Positions 19,950-30,311 are shown, numbered from the stretch's first letter. The stretch is 35,259 bases of DNA from Promethearchaeota archaeon (GCA_048938895.1 JBHLLU010000019.1:36806-72064); one strand, 5' to 3'. Translations and numbers: made by a program. The notes: a model not told the origin generated them from the sequence alone.

Positions 19950-20008
19950 GTTTTATATTTATTTATTACTCATTTGTATTATTAGATAATATTTATATCA
20001 GAATTCAA

Positions 20009-20671
20009 ATGGGATTTTTAATAAAGTTAGGTGGGAAAGCACTAGAAGATATCGAGTTATATTTAGAAAATGCTGTTGAAAATATTATTGAAGGAAAAGT
20101 AATTGCGTTTCCAACTAATTCTGTTTATGGTATAGGAGGAGATCCTTTAAACATAGATGTAATTAACAGGATATATGATATTAAATTCAGGGATAGAGAT
20201 AAAGGATTTCTCCTATTAGTTTCTGATATCGAAGAAGCTTTTAAAATTGCTGAATTCAACGATCTAGCTGAAAAACTAGCGAAACAATATTGGCCAGGAC
20301 AATTAACACTAATTTTAAAAAAGAGAGAACCAAGCGTACTTCCCCCGGAGTTAACTGCATTTAAAAGCACAATTGGTCTGCGGATTCCTGAAAATAAGAT
20401 TGTTTTATATATATTGAGCCTTTTAAAAAAACAAGGTCGTCTCGGAGTCATTATTGGGACGTCAGCAAATTACTCAGGTGAACCTCCTTGCATTAGTGGA
20501 GATGAGGTTGCGAAAAAAATACTAAGTCCTATTGATCTTATTCTTGATGGGGGGAAATCTGTCTCACAATTACCGACAACTATAATAGACTGTACAACTC
20601 AAAAACCTAAATTTTTAAGAGTAGGAATAATCCCTGAAGAAGAAATATTAGAATTTTTATCACAAAAATGA
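20009..20671 (+). CDS. tsaC: L-threonylcarbamoyladenylate synthase, single-domain TsaC/YrdC type
   Basis: FPTNSVYG, IKFR, WPGQLT, GLRIP, GTSANYSGEP, PTTIID; no Sua5 C-terminal domain. Confidence 0.92.
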   Translation: MGFLIKLGGKALEDIELYLENAVENIIEGKVIAFPTNSVYGIGGDPLNIDVINRIYDIKFRDRDKGFLLLVSDIEEAFKIAEFNDLAEKLAKQYWPGQLTLILKKREPSVLPPELTAFKSTIGLRIPENKIVLYILSLLKKQGRLGVIIGTSANYSGEPPCISGDEVAKKILSPIDLILDGGKSVSQLPTTIIDCTTQKPKFLRVGIIPEEEILEFLSQK

Positions 20672-20681
20672 GATAATATAA

Positions 20682-21200
20682 GTGAAAAATTTTAATCTGT
20701 TAATTTCGACGTCCCGTTTTAATGAAACAAATGCCGCTACTGAGATGTGGTTTATTTTATTTATATGTGGTGATAAATATCCAGTTATTTCAAAATCAAC
20801 TTTTCCAGGTTTAGTTACGGCATTAACTAATATAGATGCCAAAAAAGTCATTCTTAAAATTCAACGAATATTAGAAAAAGATCCTAATTTCCTTCAATTC
20901 ATTTTGAAGATTGTCCCGATTGATTTTGTTTGCGAAACAAATATAAAGATATTGGTTAATCTAATCAAAGAGAATTCTAAAATGTTCATTAAAGAGGGAG
21001 ATTCGTTTAAAATTATGTTGAAGAGAAGAAAGCATGAAAAGCTAGAGAGGAATATGGTAATTGAAAGAATTGCTGATCAAATAGATAATAAAGTAGATCT
21101 TGAAGATCCAGATAAACTAATAAGAATTGAGGTATTAGGTAATTTTTGTGGCGTTTCTTTTTTAGAAAAAAAAGATATTATAAAATCAAGGTCTTCTTAA
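20682..21200 (+). CDS. THUMP-domain RNA-binding protein (Tan1-like)
   Basis: ILKIVPID, SFKIMLKRR, KVDLEDPDKLIRIEVLG. Confidence 0.88.
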   Translation: MKNFNLLISTSRFNETNAATEMWFILFICGDKYPVISKSTFPGLVTALTNIDAKKVILKIQRILEKDPNFLQFILKIVPIDFVCETNIKILVNLIKENSKMFIKEGDSFKIMLKRRKHEKLERNMVIERIADQIDNKVDLEDPDKLIRIEVLGNFCGVSFLEKKDIIKSRSS

Positions 21201-21211
21201 CTTAAAAAAAA

Positions 21212-21880
21212 TTATTCTAAATTTAATATAGCCATTTTTTCACAGATTAAATCAAAAATAACTAAAGATAGAATATTGATGTTAATTTTTTTATCCAGTT
21301 CATCACTTTCTTTAAATGAATTGTGGACAGATTTAATTTGAGTTTCAGAAATTTCGAATTTACTAATTATCCTATTTATCTTATCTATTGTTTGGTCATT
21401 TACTGTTATTTTTACTTCATTCGCCTTTAGGGGATCTAAAATTTCTTTAATTATAATATCTAAATTGTTATTTTGTGAGATAATACATATTGTTAATTTC
21501 TCTTCTTTTATTGTATTTTTGCTAATACCAAATGATTCAATGGCCTTACTAATCTGTCGGTTTGTGGATAAATATAGGAGTAATTCAATATTTTTTTTAT
21601 TCGAAATGTTATTTTTATTTAAGAAAGCTTTTTCCATAAAATAAGAAGCAACATAAAGATGATCTTGATTTAAAACATATTTATCACTGATAAATTGTAT
21701 GGTCGATTCTGGATGTTTAATTTGAAGGTCTTCAATTGTTAAAAATAACCATTTTAAAACATCCTCTTCGTTTCTTATTTTATTATCTATTAATAACTGA
21801 TTTAGATCGAATTTTATTTGTGCTATTCCAACAAAATATTTTAGTTCTAATTCTTCAACAAAAAAGCTTCTTTTAATCAT
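21212..21880 (-). CDS. cgi121: KEOPS subunit Cgi121
   Basis: HLYVAS..KAF, IELLLYLSTNRQISKAIESFGI, CEKMAIL. ATG at 21880 gives an ATGA overlap with the ecfT stop. Confidence 0.88.
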   Translation of the reverse strand: MIKRSFFVEELELKYFVGIAQIKFDLNQLLIDNKIRNEEDVLKWLFLTIEDLQIKHPESTIQFISDKYVLNQDHLYVASYFMEKAFLNKNNISNKKNIELLLYLSTNRQISKAIESFGISKNTIKEEKLTICIISQNNNLDIIIKEILDPLKANEVKITVNDQTIDKINRIISKFEISETQIKSVHNSFKESDELDKKININILSLVIFDLICEKMAILNLE

Positions 21881-22644
21881 ATAGGAAGCCTCCATTGAAA
21901 CCAATCAGGCATTAAACTAAATTGGATTTTAATTATAATTGAAACAAGAAGAATTAGAATTAAATATAGAGTAAAAATCCAATCTTTATTGGTGTATTTG
22001 ATTCTATAGTAAAATGAACGTTCTTTATTACTCCCAAAAGCTCTTGATTCTAAAGCTTCAGCAACATTAAAAGCTCTTCGAATAGAGCAAATTATGAGTG
22101 GTATTAATAAGGGAAAGAGATTTTTAATTTGATTAATTATTCCTTTTTTTTGCATTTCATAACCTCGACTCTGCTGAGCATCAATTATATTTTGGGCTTC
22201 AATCGCTATTGTAGGGACAAATCTAAATGCTAATGAGAATGAAAATGCAAACTCATAAGGAAATTTCATAGATATTAAAGAAAGAGCTAACTCATTTGGA
22301 TCTACTGTTAAGAAGAAGATTGAAAATGCGGAAACCATTATGTATATTCTCAACACCATTGCTATGGCAAATGAGAATGAGATGAATAAGGTGTTTAATA
22401 AGATTATGAATAGAGCTAGGAAAGATAAACCACGAATACTCTTTAACCACTGTTTTAAAATCTTCCCTAAAACAACCAAAGGTAATAAACTCAAAAAGAT
22501 AAAGAATAATGGAACTATTTGATTGTAAAGTAGTGCACTGATAGTGTATACTAATGCTAGAACTAACTTTACTCGTGGATCTAAATTGTGTAGAAAGGTA
22601 TTCTTTTTCATAAATTTAAAAGCTTCAAGAAATTCTAAAGACAT
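21877..22644 (-). CDS. ecfT: ECF transporter transmembrane T component
   Basis: LHNLDPRVKL, LAFRFVP, AQQSRG and ALESRAF coupling motifs. Confidence 0.93.
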   Translation of the reverse strand: MSLEFLEAFKFMKKNTFLHNLDPRVKLVLALVYTISALLYNQIVPLFFIFLSLLPLVVLGKILKQWLKSIRGLSFLALFIILLNTLFISFSFAIAMVLRIYIMVSAFSIFFLTVDPNELALSLISMKFPYEFAFSFSLAFRFVPTIAIEAQNIIDAQQSRGYEMQKKGIINQIKNLFPLLIPLIICSIRRAFNVAEALESRAFGSNKERSFYYRIKYTNKDWIFTLYLILILLVSIIIKIQFSLMPDWFQWRLPI

Positions 22645-23514
22645 TTAATTTTGTTCCTCCTGAATTCTAATGGATTTATTTTTTAGCAATTTCATTAAAT
22701 ATTGGGTAAGATCTTGTTTTGAAGTTACTTTATTGAGCCCTTCAAAACCAATTTCACTTAAAGCCAATGAAAATTTTCGTGTTTGAGGAAGAAGTAATGA
22801 TGTGCGTTTAGTTAAAAATTTATTACTCAATAATTCTTGAGTAGGACCATCAGCAATAATTCGTCCTTCTGCCATTAATATTGTCCTAGGGATGAATTCT
22901 GAAGTAAATTCAATGTTGTGGGTAATTATTAGTATTGTTTTTTCTTTAATCTTTTCATTATTAATTAATTTAATAAAAGATTCAATTTCGCTAGCATCTT
23001 GACCTAAAGTAGGTTCATCAAATACTAAAATCTCTGGATCTCTGCACATTATTGAAGCAACAGCTAATTTTTTTGATTCGCCTCCAGATAAATTTAATGG
23101 TGATCTTTCCCGGTATTTCTCAAGTTTGTGGTTCTTTAAGATTTCGTTTGTTCTAGATTGAAGTTCCTCCTTATCTTGAAAAATATTTTTTAAAGAAAAT
23201 TTTATTTCTTCCTCTACTGAGTTTGCAAATAGCTGATGAGAAGGATTTTGAAAAATTAAGCCGACGTTCTTTGATAATTCTGCGATGCTCTTTGTCTTTA
23301 TATTTTCATTATTAATAAAAATATCCCCTCTTGTCGGTCTTATTAAACCATTTAAGGTTCGGATTAAGGTGGTTTTACCTGCTCCATTTTTACCCATGAT
23401 TGCGATCAGTTCACCTTTTTGAATGGTAAGATTAACATCTTCTAAAGCTACTGTACCATTTGGATAACTATAATCAAGATCTTTTATTATAATTAACGGA
23501 AAATCTTCTTTCAT
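22645..23514 (-). CDS. ecfA2: ECF transporter ATPase (A')
   Basis: GKNGAGKT, FQNPSHQLF, LSGGE, DEPTLGQD. Confidence 0.92.
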   Translation of the reverse strand: MKEDFPLIIIKDLDYSYPNGTVALEDVNLTIQKGELIAIMGKNGAGKTTLIRTLNGLIRPTRGDIFINNENIKTKSIAELSKNVGLIFQNPSHQLFANSVEEEIKFSLKNIFQDKEELQSRTNEILKNHKLEKYRERSPLNLSGGESKKLAVASIMCRDPEILVFDEPTLGQDASEIESFIKLINNEKIKEKTILIITHNIEFTSEFIPRTILMAEGRIIADGPTQELLSNKFLTKRTSLLLPQTRKFSLALSEIGFEGLNKVTSKQDLTQYLMKLLKNKSIRIQEEQN

Positions 23515-23524
23515 ATATTTTGCC

Positions 23525-24370
23525 TTAGCTCTGATGTAATTTTTTAATATAATCTAATGCCTCTTGAATCGAAGCAGGTATTTTTCCTGAAAATAAATTT
23601 TCTTCTCGTAATCTATTGAATATTGTGTAAAGTACAGGCTTATTCAATTTTAATTTTTGAAAAGTTTGCCCATTGAGAACATTATCACGAGAATCATGCT
23701 CGACAATTCCTCCCTCCTTCATTAAAATCATCTCCTCTGCAAATGGAATGACTAAATCTAATCGATGCTCACTTATCATTACTGAAAGATTTCGCTCCAA
23801 TTGAATGTCCTTTAATAGGGTGATGATCTTCTTTGCCATATATGGATCTAATAATGCGGTGGGTTCATCTAAAATAAGGATTTTAGGTTTAAGTACCAGA
23901 ATTGAGGCAATTGCTACCCGCTGTTGTTCTCCGCCACTTAATTCAAAAGGAGCTTTATCCAATAGATGTTCAATTTCGGTTAAAGAAGCACTTTCTTCTA
24001 TTCTTATTCTTATTTCCTTTGGAGGTATTCCTAAATTTTCTAAACCAAATGCGATCTCATGCTCTACATTCATGGCGATTAATTGATTTTCTGGGTTTTG
24101 AAAAACAATTCCAACTTCGGTAGATAAATCAGCGATAGGCGCTATGCTTGTGTCTTTTTCATGTACAAAGACTTTTCCCTTATAAAAGCCTGAATAAAAT
24201 TGAGGTATTAAACCATTCATGCATCTAATTAGAGTAGTTTTACCTGAACCAGTTTCTCCACATAATAAGATGAATTTTTCTTCTTCTATTTTTAGATTAA
24301 TGTTATTTAGAGCATAATCTTCATTTCCCTTATAACGAAACGAAAATCCTTCGAATCTTACTAAATCCAT
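23525..24370 (-). CDS. ecfA1: ECF transporter ATPase (A)
   Basis: GETGSGKT, FQNPENQ, AFGLEN, LSGGEQQR, LDEPT. Confidence 0.92.
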   Translation of the reverse strand: MDLVRFEGFSFRYKGNEDYALNNINLKIEEEKFILLCGETGSGKTTLIRCMNGLIPQFYSGFYKGKVFVHEKDTSIAPIADLSTEVGIVFQNPENQLIAMNVEHEIAFGLENLGIPPKEIRIRIEESASLTEIEHLLDKAPFELSGGEQQRVAIASILVLKPKILILDEPTALLDPYMAKKIITLLKDIQLERNLSVMISEHRLDLVIPFAEEMILMKEGGIVEHDSRDNVLNGQTFQKLKLNKPVLYTIFNRLREENLFSGKIPASIQEALDYIKKLHQS

Positions 24371-24433
24371 GCTAATTTTGAATCTTAAATTCAGCTTTGA
24401 AGTATAATAATGTTTACTTATTTAAAATTTAGA

Positions 24434-25438
24434 TTATAAAAATTGTTTTATCTTCTCTACAAACTTAGATAGAACTTTTTCTAAATCAGCATGAAAGGTT
24501 ATGGATGCTGCTCCATCATGACCTCCTCCGCTTCCTTCAGAGTATTCTGATAAATCTTCTAAAATTTTACCTAGATGCAAACCTGTTTTCAAACAAATAT
24601 TTTTATTTGCTCTACTATTGATAATTTTCTTATCTTTTTCCTCAGAATACACAATAGCGATATCAAATCCATTCTTTATTAACATTGAAGAAACGCTAGC
24701 CCCAAAACTACTTACATTACTTACTCCAATTAAATAGTCTCCCGAACGTATTAAATCTACTCTCTGTAAACCTTTAATTTTAGCTATTTTTTCTGACACA
24801 TCAACTTCAGCTTCTAGCATCGGAAGAAGATCTTGGAATATTACTTTATTATCCAATAATTTACTAATTGTCTTAATAGTGTCATTATTACCATACTTAA
24901 AAAAACCAGAGTCAATTATAATCGCAGCAGCTAAGAGATATCTTTGAGGTGTTGTTAAATCTTGATTTTGAGATTCCAGCAATTTTAAAACTATTTCCGC
25001 TGATGAAGAAATTTTGTCACTTATTAAATTTAGCGAAACGAAATTTACATTATTTTGTTTAGTTTTATTAAAATGGTGGTGATCGATTATGATGTATGGG
25101 ATAACTAATTGAGATTCTCTGCTATGATTAAATCGTAATTGACTAATATCATTTGTATCTACTAATAAGCAGATATCATATTCGTTAGGATCTATATCAG
25201 TTTCATAATCAAAAGTATAGTTTGGAAATTTGGTGGTAAACTTTTTCATAAAATTTCTGGTTAGTTTTGAAAGTTCTGCAAAAAAAACAGAAACTGGCTG
25301 GTTAAAATATTCATTAAAAAAGAATTGTAAAATAATACATGAAACAAATCCATCAATATCAACTAAATCATGAGTAGTGATAAGAATTTTTTTATCTCGT
25401 AAATAGAATAAAAATTCTTCAAATTTAGAATGAAACAT
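24434..25438 (-). CDS. DHH/DHHA1 phosphoesterase
   Basis: THDLVDIDG, LVDT, IDHH, IDSG, GGGHDGAA. Confidence 0.92.
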   Translation of the reverse strand: MFHSKFEEFLFYLRDKKILITTHDLVDIDGFVSCIILQFFFNEYFNQPVSVFFAELSKLTRNFMKKFTTKFPNYTFDYETDIDPNEYDICLLVDTNDISQLRFNHSRESQLVIPYIIIDHHHFNKTKQNNVNFVSLNLISDKISSSAEIVLKLLESQNQDLTTPQRYLLAAAIIIDSGFFKYGNNDTIKTISKLLDNKVIFQDLLPMLEAEVDVSEKIAKIKGLQRVDLIRSGDYLIGVSNVSSFGASVSSMLIKNGFDIAIVYSEEKDKKIINSRANKNICLKTGLHLGKILEDLSEYSEGSGGGHDGAASITFHADLEKVLSKFVEKIKQFL

Positions 25439-25446
25439 GAATTTAT

Positions 25447-25809
25447 TTATACGCTTTTATTTTGGAGATCAGCTTGAATTGAATTACTTAAAGTAGTGAT
25501 TTGGTTTTCCAATCTTGATTTTTTTTGATCTAATGTTTTTATTCTCATCTCGAGAGTAACCTTTAAACTCTTTTTCTCGTCAAGTAGTTTATTTCTTTCA
25601 CTCTTTACTAGGATTCCCCCAATCGATTTATATACTGGATTATCATTATCGATCTTTTCCAATTCTTCTATTGCAAATTCAGTTTCTCTTAAATGGGATT
25701 CTGTTTGATTTTTTTGGGTATTTATAATTTCATAAGTTTGTTGTAAGTTCGCTAGGTTTTGAATTTTGTTTCTTTGTTCCTCATCAAGATTGTTTAAATT
25801 AATTGACAT
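25447..25809 (-). CDS. pfdB: Prefoldin beta subunit
   Basis: Coiled coils flanking the VYKSIGGILVK hairpin; superoperon position. Confidence 0.93.
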   Translation of the reverse strand: MSINLNNLDEEQRNKIQNLANLQQTYEIINTQKNQTESHLRETEFAIEELEKIDNDNPVYKSIGGILVKSERNKLLDEKKSLKVTLEMRIKTLDQKKSRLENQITTLSNSIQADLQNKSV

Positions 25810-25872
25810 TGTTCTTCCTTGTTCTTTTTCTTTAATTAATTTTTGATTAATTTAATAGATTATTATAAACCT

Positions 25873-26148
25873 TTAAGAAATATCTGGTAGTTGTAAAATA
25901 TCATCAATTATTTTGCCAAAACTAATAATTTCATTAATCGAAGCTCGAAATGCTGTAATATCATTGCTATCAACCTTAAAGAGTAATTTGTGTTGATTTT
26001 TTTTCTCCATCAAAACTTGAGAACGATTTGTTTGTAATTTTTTCATTTCTGGGATAAAAGAATTATAAGATATATCTCTAAGGTGAGATTTATTAAATTC
26101 AAATTCGATAATTGATTCAATCGTAAAAGGTTTCGTTTGATTCATCAT
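25873..26148 (-). CDS. pcc1: KEOPS subunit Pcc1
   Basis: SFIPE, RS, DITAFRASIN motif; position between rpl37ae and pfdB. Confidence 0.88.
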   Translation of the reverse strand: MMNQTKPFTIESIIEFEFNKSHLRDISYNSFIPEMKKLQTNRSQVLMEKKNQHKLLFKVDSNDITAFRASINEIISFGKIIDDILQLPDIS

Positions 26149-26429
26149 TGTTCAACGGATTCAGCTTCTCTTTGCTTGCGTTTTGCAATCCTGAAAGACT
26201 CAGCGCCTCTGGGAGTTTCGATAAAATAAGCACCTCCCGTAAAACGGGCATCACATTTTTTACAATGCCATATTCCAGTTGATATTCTATGAGTAGAACC
26301 CCTAGTTTCACATTTAGGGCATCTGGCATCTCCTTTCATTCTTTCTAAAATTATACGAGTTCTTTTGCGCAATGTACTCCCATAACGTGCACCATACTTT
26401 CCTGTGGGACCGACTTTCTTAGTAGCCAT
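26145..26429 (-). CDS. rpl37ae: 50S ribosomal protein L37ae (eL43)
   Basis: KKVGPTGKYGARYGSTLRK, CPKC, GIWHCKKC, FTGGAY. Confidence 0.97.
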   Translation of the reverse strand: MATKKVGPTGKYGARYGSTLRKRTRIILERMKGDARCPKCETRGSTHRISTGIWHCKKCDARFTGGAYFIETPRGAESFRIAKRKQREAESVEQ

Positions 26430-26482
26430 CTTTTTAAAATTAGTTTTGAATAGTTGATGTTACATTAGAAATTATGATATAC

Positions 26483-26548
26483 TATAAATTTTTCTAAACT
26501 TAATAGATTTTCAAATCTCCTATATTGATAACTGAAATTTATAAATAT
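26483..26548. promoter_or_regulatory. Divergent archaeal BRE/TATA-like elements for rpl37ae (-) and the dikinase gene (+)
   Basis: GAAAAATTTATA on the minus strand (26483-26494) and GAAATTTATAAATA on the plus strand (~26534-26547). AT-rich context lowers certainty. Confidence 0.4.
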
Positions 26549-26597
26549 ATGATTATTTAACAATTAAATTAGTAATTTTTAATCACAATCTTTTAAA

Positions 26598-29324
26598 ATG
26601 TCATTCAGGTCAAATATCAAATCTTTCATTTCTGATTTAAGCTCCCAAGAACAGGAGGATTTAACATTGGGGAGTAAAGCTTTAAACCTAAGGAGATTGA
26701 TTCGATATAATTTCTCTGTTCCTGAAGGTTTTGTAATCAAAACTGATGCGTATACCCAATTTTTAGATAATAATCATTTAAACAAGATAGTTCAAGAGGC
26801 TCTAGAGAGAATTAAATATGATGATTATGAAGCTATTGAAGAATGTTCAAGAACGATTAATAACGCAATTATGCAGAGTAAACTTCCTTTGGAATTGATT
26901 GAAGAATTAAAAATCCATTATAATAAGTATTCCTCTTATGGTGTTGCTGTTCGATCATCAGCAACAGCTGAGGATCAGCCAACGGCTTCTTTTGCAGGGC
27001 AATATGATACATATTTGAATTTAAAAAATCTTAACCAAATCTTAGACCATATTAAGAAATGTTATGCTTCCTTATGGACGATTAGGGCAATAAGATATCG
27101 ATTTACTAAACAAATCCCCCATGAAAAGGTCAAGATAGCCATAATCGTCCAAAAGATGGTATCTGCGAAGTCTGCGGGAGTATTGTTTACCTCTAATCCG
27201 ATAGGTTCGAGAGATGACGAAGTATTAATCGAATCGAACTTTGGTTTGGGTGAATCAATTGTAGCGGGAAAAATTAGTCCAGACCAATTTTCCGTTCGTA
27301 GATTAAAACAGGGATCATTCAGGATCTTAAATAAACGTATTGGAAATAAAACCTTTGTTGCTATTCCTATATCTGAAGACAATAAAGAAGGAGTTGAATA
27401 TTTAGAATTATCTGATGATCTAACTCACCAGGCTTCTTTGTCTGATAGTGATATTTTAAATCTCACTAGAATAGGATTTCAGATAGAAAGAGTCTTTAGA
27501 GGAATTCCTCAAGATATTGAATGGGCAATAGATCAAAAAAATCAAATAAAGATTTTGCAGACTCGCCCGATTACTACAATAAAATCAAAAGGTGCAATAT
27601 CTGATATATTATGGACCAGAGGTTATTCAGATGACTATTGGAATGATAATGTTACCCCTCTTTACTTTGAACTTCTTGGAGACCAACTAACAAAAGTAGT
27701 AAATATGGAATTAAATAGTATTATGGGCTATAAGCAAATGGATCCTCAATTGTTAAAGCTATATAAAGCTCATGTCTATTTTAACTTGAATGTACTAAAA
27801 AGAAAGGTAGAAAACGAAATCCCAAAATTTATACGGAATGACGACGTGCTTAATTATTTTCCAGAAGGTTCTGGTTCATTTGGAAAGAAAGTTATAAAAG
27901 AATTGCCATTTCATCTAGTAGGGAGAATTGTTGCAGAATTGAGGGTTGGTATTTTTGATCCTAAGGGGGGGATATCTAAAACAGCTGAGGCTTATGAAAG
28001 ATGGACTAAAGAAAGATTCAATCCTTATTGCCGAGAATTTGATAAAAAACTGGATGTTTTTATCAAAACGGGGAATATGGGAGATTTAATAAACTTAGCT
28101 AAAGAATTAGATACGCTAATGATTGATCATTTCCGCCTCGTTCGTTATGGAATTCCTGTACATAATATTGGGATGAATTTAATAACACAATATCTTCTTA
28201 GACGTTTTCTAGGTGAGAAGGATAGCAGTCGATATTATCCTATTCTTATTTCTGGACTTGAGCACAAGTTAACAGAAACAAATGATCAAATTTTTTATTT
28301 GGCTTCAGTTATTAATAAGACTCCAGAAGTGAAATCTATTATTATATCTGAAAAATCTGAAAATCTATATAAAATTCTTTTGGATAAAACGGAATTACCA
28401 ATAAAGAATTTTATGATAGAATTTGAGAAGTTTTTAATTGAGCATGGGGATCGAGGATTCACTAGAGAAGCATATTATCCAAGATGGAAAGAACCACCAA
28501 TGGTTAATGTTTTTGATATCCTAAAATCGTTAGTAGTTGATGGAGGAGATGAATATGAGACAATTAAAGCGAGAAGTTCAAAGAATAGAAAAAGGTTTGA
28601 AAGCATAGTTAAAAATAAGATAAGAACACAGCGTTTTGGGTTTATTAAATGGAAAATATTTTCAATATTCTTAAAAAATAGCAGGAAGTATATAGTTTTT
28701 AGAGAGAATCAACGATTCAATCTTGATAAATGGATTACAAGAAATAGATTTTTATTTTTAGAGCTAGGGAGGAAATTAACTAAAATTGGAGTATTACCAG
28801 ATGAGAACAAAATTTTCTTTCTTAAGAAAAAGGAACTAAAGAATCTTGAGTCAAATAAGTATGAGGAACAAGAAATTCAGCACTTATCATCTAAAATAAT
28901 TAGACGTTTTGACCACTTCAAAACACACGAGAATAAATTACCTCCCAAATTTCTTTTGGGATCGCAAGAATTTGATGATGAGTTAAAACATGATAAAAAT
29001 AGTGTAATCTTTACTGGTGTACCTGCAAGCCAAGGGGTATTCACAGCTCCTATCCGTGTTCTAAATGATATTAGTCTCATTTCTACAGTACAAAGTAAGG
29101 AGATTTTAGTAGTACCTCAAACAGATCCAGGTTGGACTCCAGTCTTCTCAATCATCGGGGGATTAATAACAGAAACGGGTGGGATTCTTTCACATGGGGC
29201 TGTGGTCTCCCGAGAATATGGCATCCCTGCAGTAACTAATGTCACAAATGCGTGCAAAATTTTTAAAACAGGACAGTTTGTCAAAATCAATGGCGATAAT
29301 GGAACTGTAATACTTCAAAAATAA
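26598..29324 (+). CDS. Rifampin-phosphotransferase-like small-molecule dikinase (ATP-grasp, substrate domain, C-terminal phospho-His swivel)
   Basis: GSKALNL, VAVRSSATAED...SFAGQYDT, QDIEWA, LQTRPIT; central HGDRG and FRENQRF; TDPGWTP and LSHGAVVSREYGIPAV at the C-terminus; no pyruvate-binding TIM barrel. Confidence 0.88.
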   Translation: MSFRSNIKSFISDLSSQEQEDLTLGSKALNLRRLIRYNFSVPEGFVIKTDAYTQFLDNNHLNKIVQEALERIKYDDYEAIEECSRTINNAIMQSKLPLELIEELKIHYNKYSSYGVAVRSSATAEDQPTASFAGQYDTYLNLKNLNQILDHIKKCYASLWTIRAIRYRFTKQIPHEKVKIAIIVQKMVSAKSAGVLFTSNPIGSRDDEVLIESNFGLGESIVAGKISPDQFSVRRLKQGSFRILNKRIGNKTFVAIPISEDNKEGVEYLELSDDLTHQASLSDSDILNLTRIGFQIERVFRGIPQDIEWAIDQKNQIKILQTRPITTIKSKGAISDILWTRGYSDDYWNDNVTPLYFELLGDQLTKVVNMELNSIMGYKQMDPQLLKLYKAHVYFNLNVLKRKVENEIPKFIRNDDVLNYFPEGSGSFGKKVIKELPFHLVGRIVAELRVGIFDPKGGISKTAEAYERWTKERFNPYCREFDKKLDVFIKTGNMGDLINLAKELDTLMIDHFRLVRYGIPVHNIGMNLITQYLLRRFLGEKDSSRYYPILISGLEHKLTETNDQIFYLASVINKTPEVKSIIISEKSENLYKILLDKTELPIKNFMIEFEKFLIEHGDRGFTREAYYPRWKEPPMVNVFDILKSLVVDGGDEYETIKARSSKNRKRFESIVKNKIRTQRFGFIKWKIFSIFLKNSRKYIVFRENQRFNLDKWITRNRFLFLELGRKLTKIGVLPDENKIFFLKKKELKNLESNKYEEQEIQHLSSKIIRRFDHFKTHENKLPPKFLLGSQEFDDELKHDKNSVIFTGVPASQGVFTAPIRVLNDISLISTVQSKEILVVPQTDPGWTPVFSIIGGLITETGGILSHGAVVSREYGIPAVTNVTNACKIFKTGQFVKINGDNGTVILQK

Positions 29325-29339
29325 AGGAGGTTAGAAAAG

Positions 29340-30311
29340 TTGGAATCATTTACTCATCATGAACTCTGTACTGATGATTTAGAATGGAATGAGTCATATT
29401 ATTTTGTATTTTATAATAAAAAACATAAATTAGGGGGAATGACAAGATTGGGATTTAAACCCAATAAACAAGAGGGAATGACTTTTTTATTCTTGTTCAT
29501 GCCTGATGGTTCAGCAGCAGGCTATAATTTAGTGAAAAAAATAAAAAATTACACAAATGCTCTCCAGATCGGTGGTATGATTCATGATTGTCAACATAGC
29601 ACATATTGTAATTATAAATTTCAAGGAAACTTGATTTGCGTAGATGATCCCGAAGATTTATCTAAGGTGCGGCAAAATCCAAGACTTATAAAAAGCAATT
29701 TGAAAGTGAAATTCGATATTAATTTCCAACCAATCAATGATGTTTATGAATATAGTGAAAATATGACCCCAGAGTCTTTAGAAGTTGGAAAAAAGGCAGG
29801 CGATAAACACTGGGAACAAATAGGGATTCTGTCTGGAAATATCCATATCAATAATATTAAATATCCACTTGAAAATACAATTGGACAAAGAGATCACACC
29901 TATGGGGTAAGAGATTGGACAGGTGTAGGAAATTGGCTCTATTATGTTGTGTGGTTTAACAAAAACTTAGCAATTAATCCAGCTATGATAATTACTGAAG
30001 ATAGTCGTGTATCCATAGGAGGATTCTTATTTAAAGATGGTGAAAACATACCATTAAAAAATATTAATATTATTGAGCAAAAATTCAGAGAGGATGAAAT
30101 ACTACCAGTTAGTTCAAAACTTGAAATTATTGATGCTTTAGGTGATAAACATCAATTAAAAGCTTTTGTGGGACCAATTATACCTGTTCCATTTTCAGAT
30201 CGCGATGGAAATCAATCTATTTTAGTCCAATCAATAGGAAACTTTGAATTAGATGGGATAAAAAACGGCTATGGTACTTTTGAGACTCTTAGAAAATTAA
30301 ATTTAGAATAA
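29340..30311 (+). CDS. Lipocalin-like / AttH-CrtC-type double beta-barrel protein (putative)
   Basis: WNESYYF near the N-terminus, HWEQ, GQRDHTYGVRDW; TTG start after AAGGAGG SD, 15 bp after the dikinase stop. Confidence 0.65.
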   Translation: MESFTHHELCTDDLEWNESYYFVFYNKKHKLGGMTRLGFKPNKQEGMTFLFLFMPDGSAAGYNLVKKIKNYTNALQIGGMIHDCQHSTYCNYKFQGNLICVDDPEDLSKVRQNPRLIKSNLKVKFDINFQPINDVYEYSENMTPESLEVGKKAGDKHWEQIGILSGNIHINNIKYPLENTIGQRDHTYGVRDWTGVGNWLYYVVWFNKNLAINPAMIITEDSRVSIGGFLFKDGENIPLKNINIIEQKFREDEILPVSSKLEIIDALGDKHQLKAFVGPIIPVPFSDRDGNQSILVQSIGNFELDGIKNGYGTFETLRKLNLE

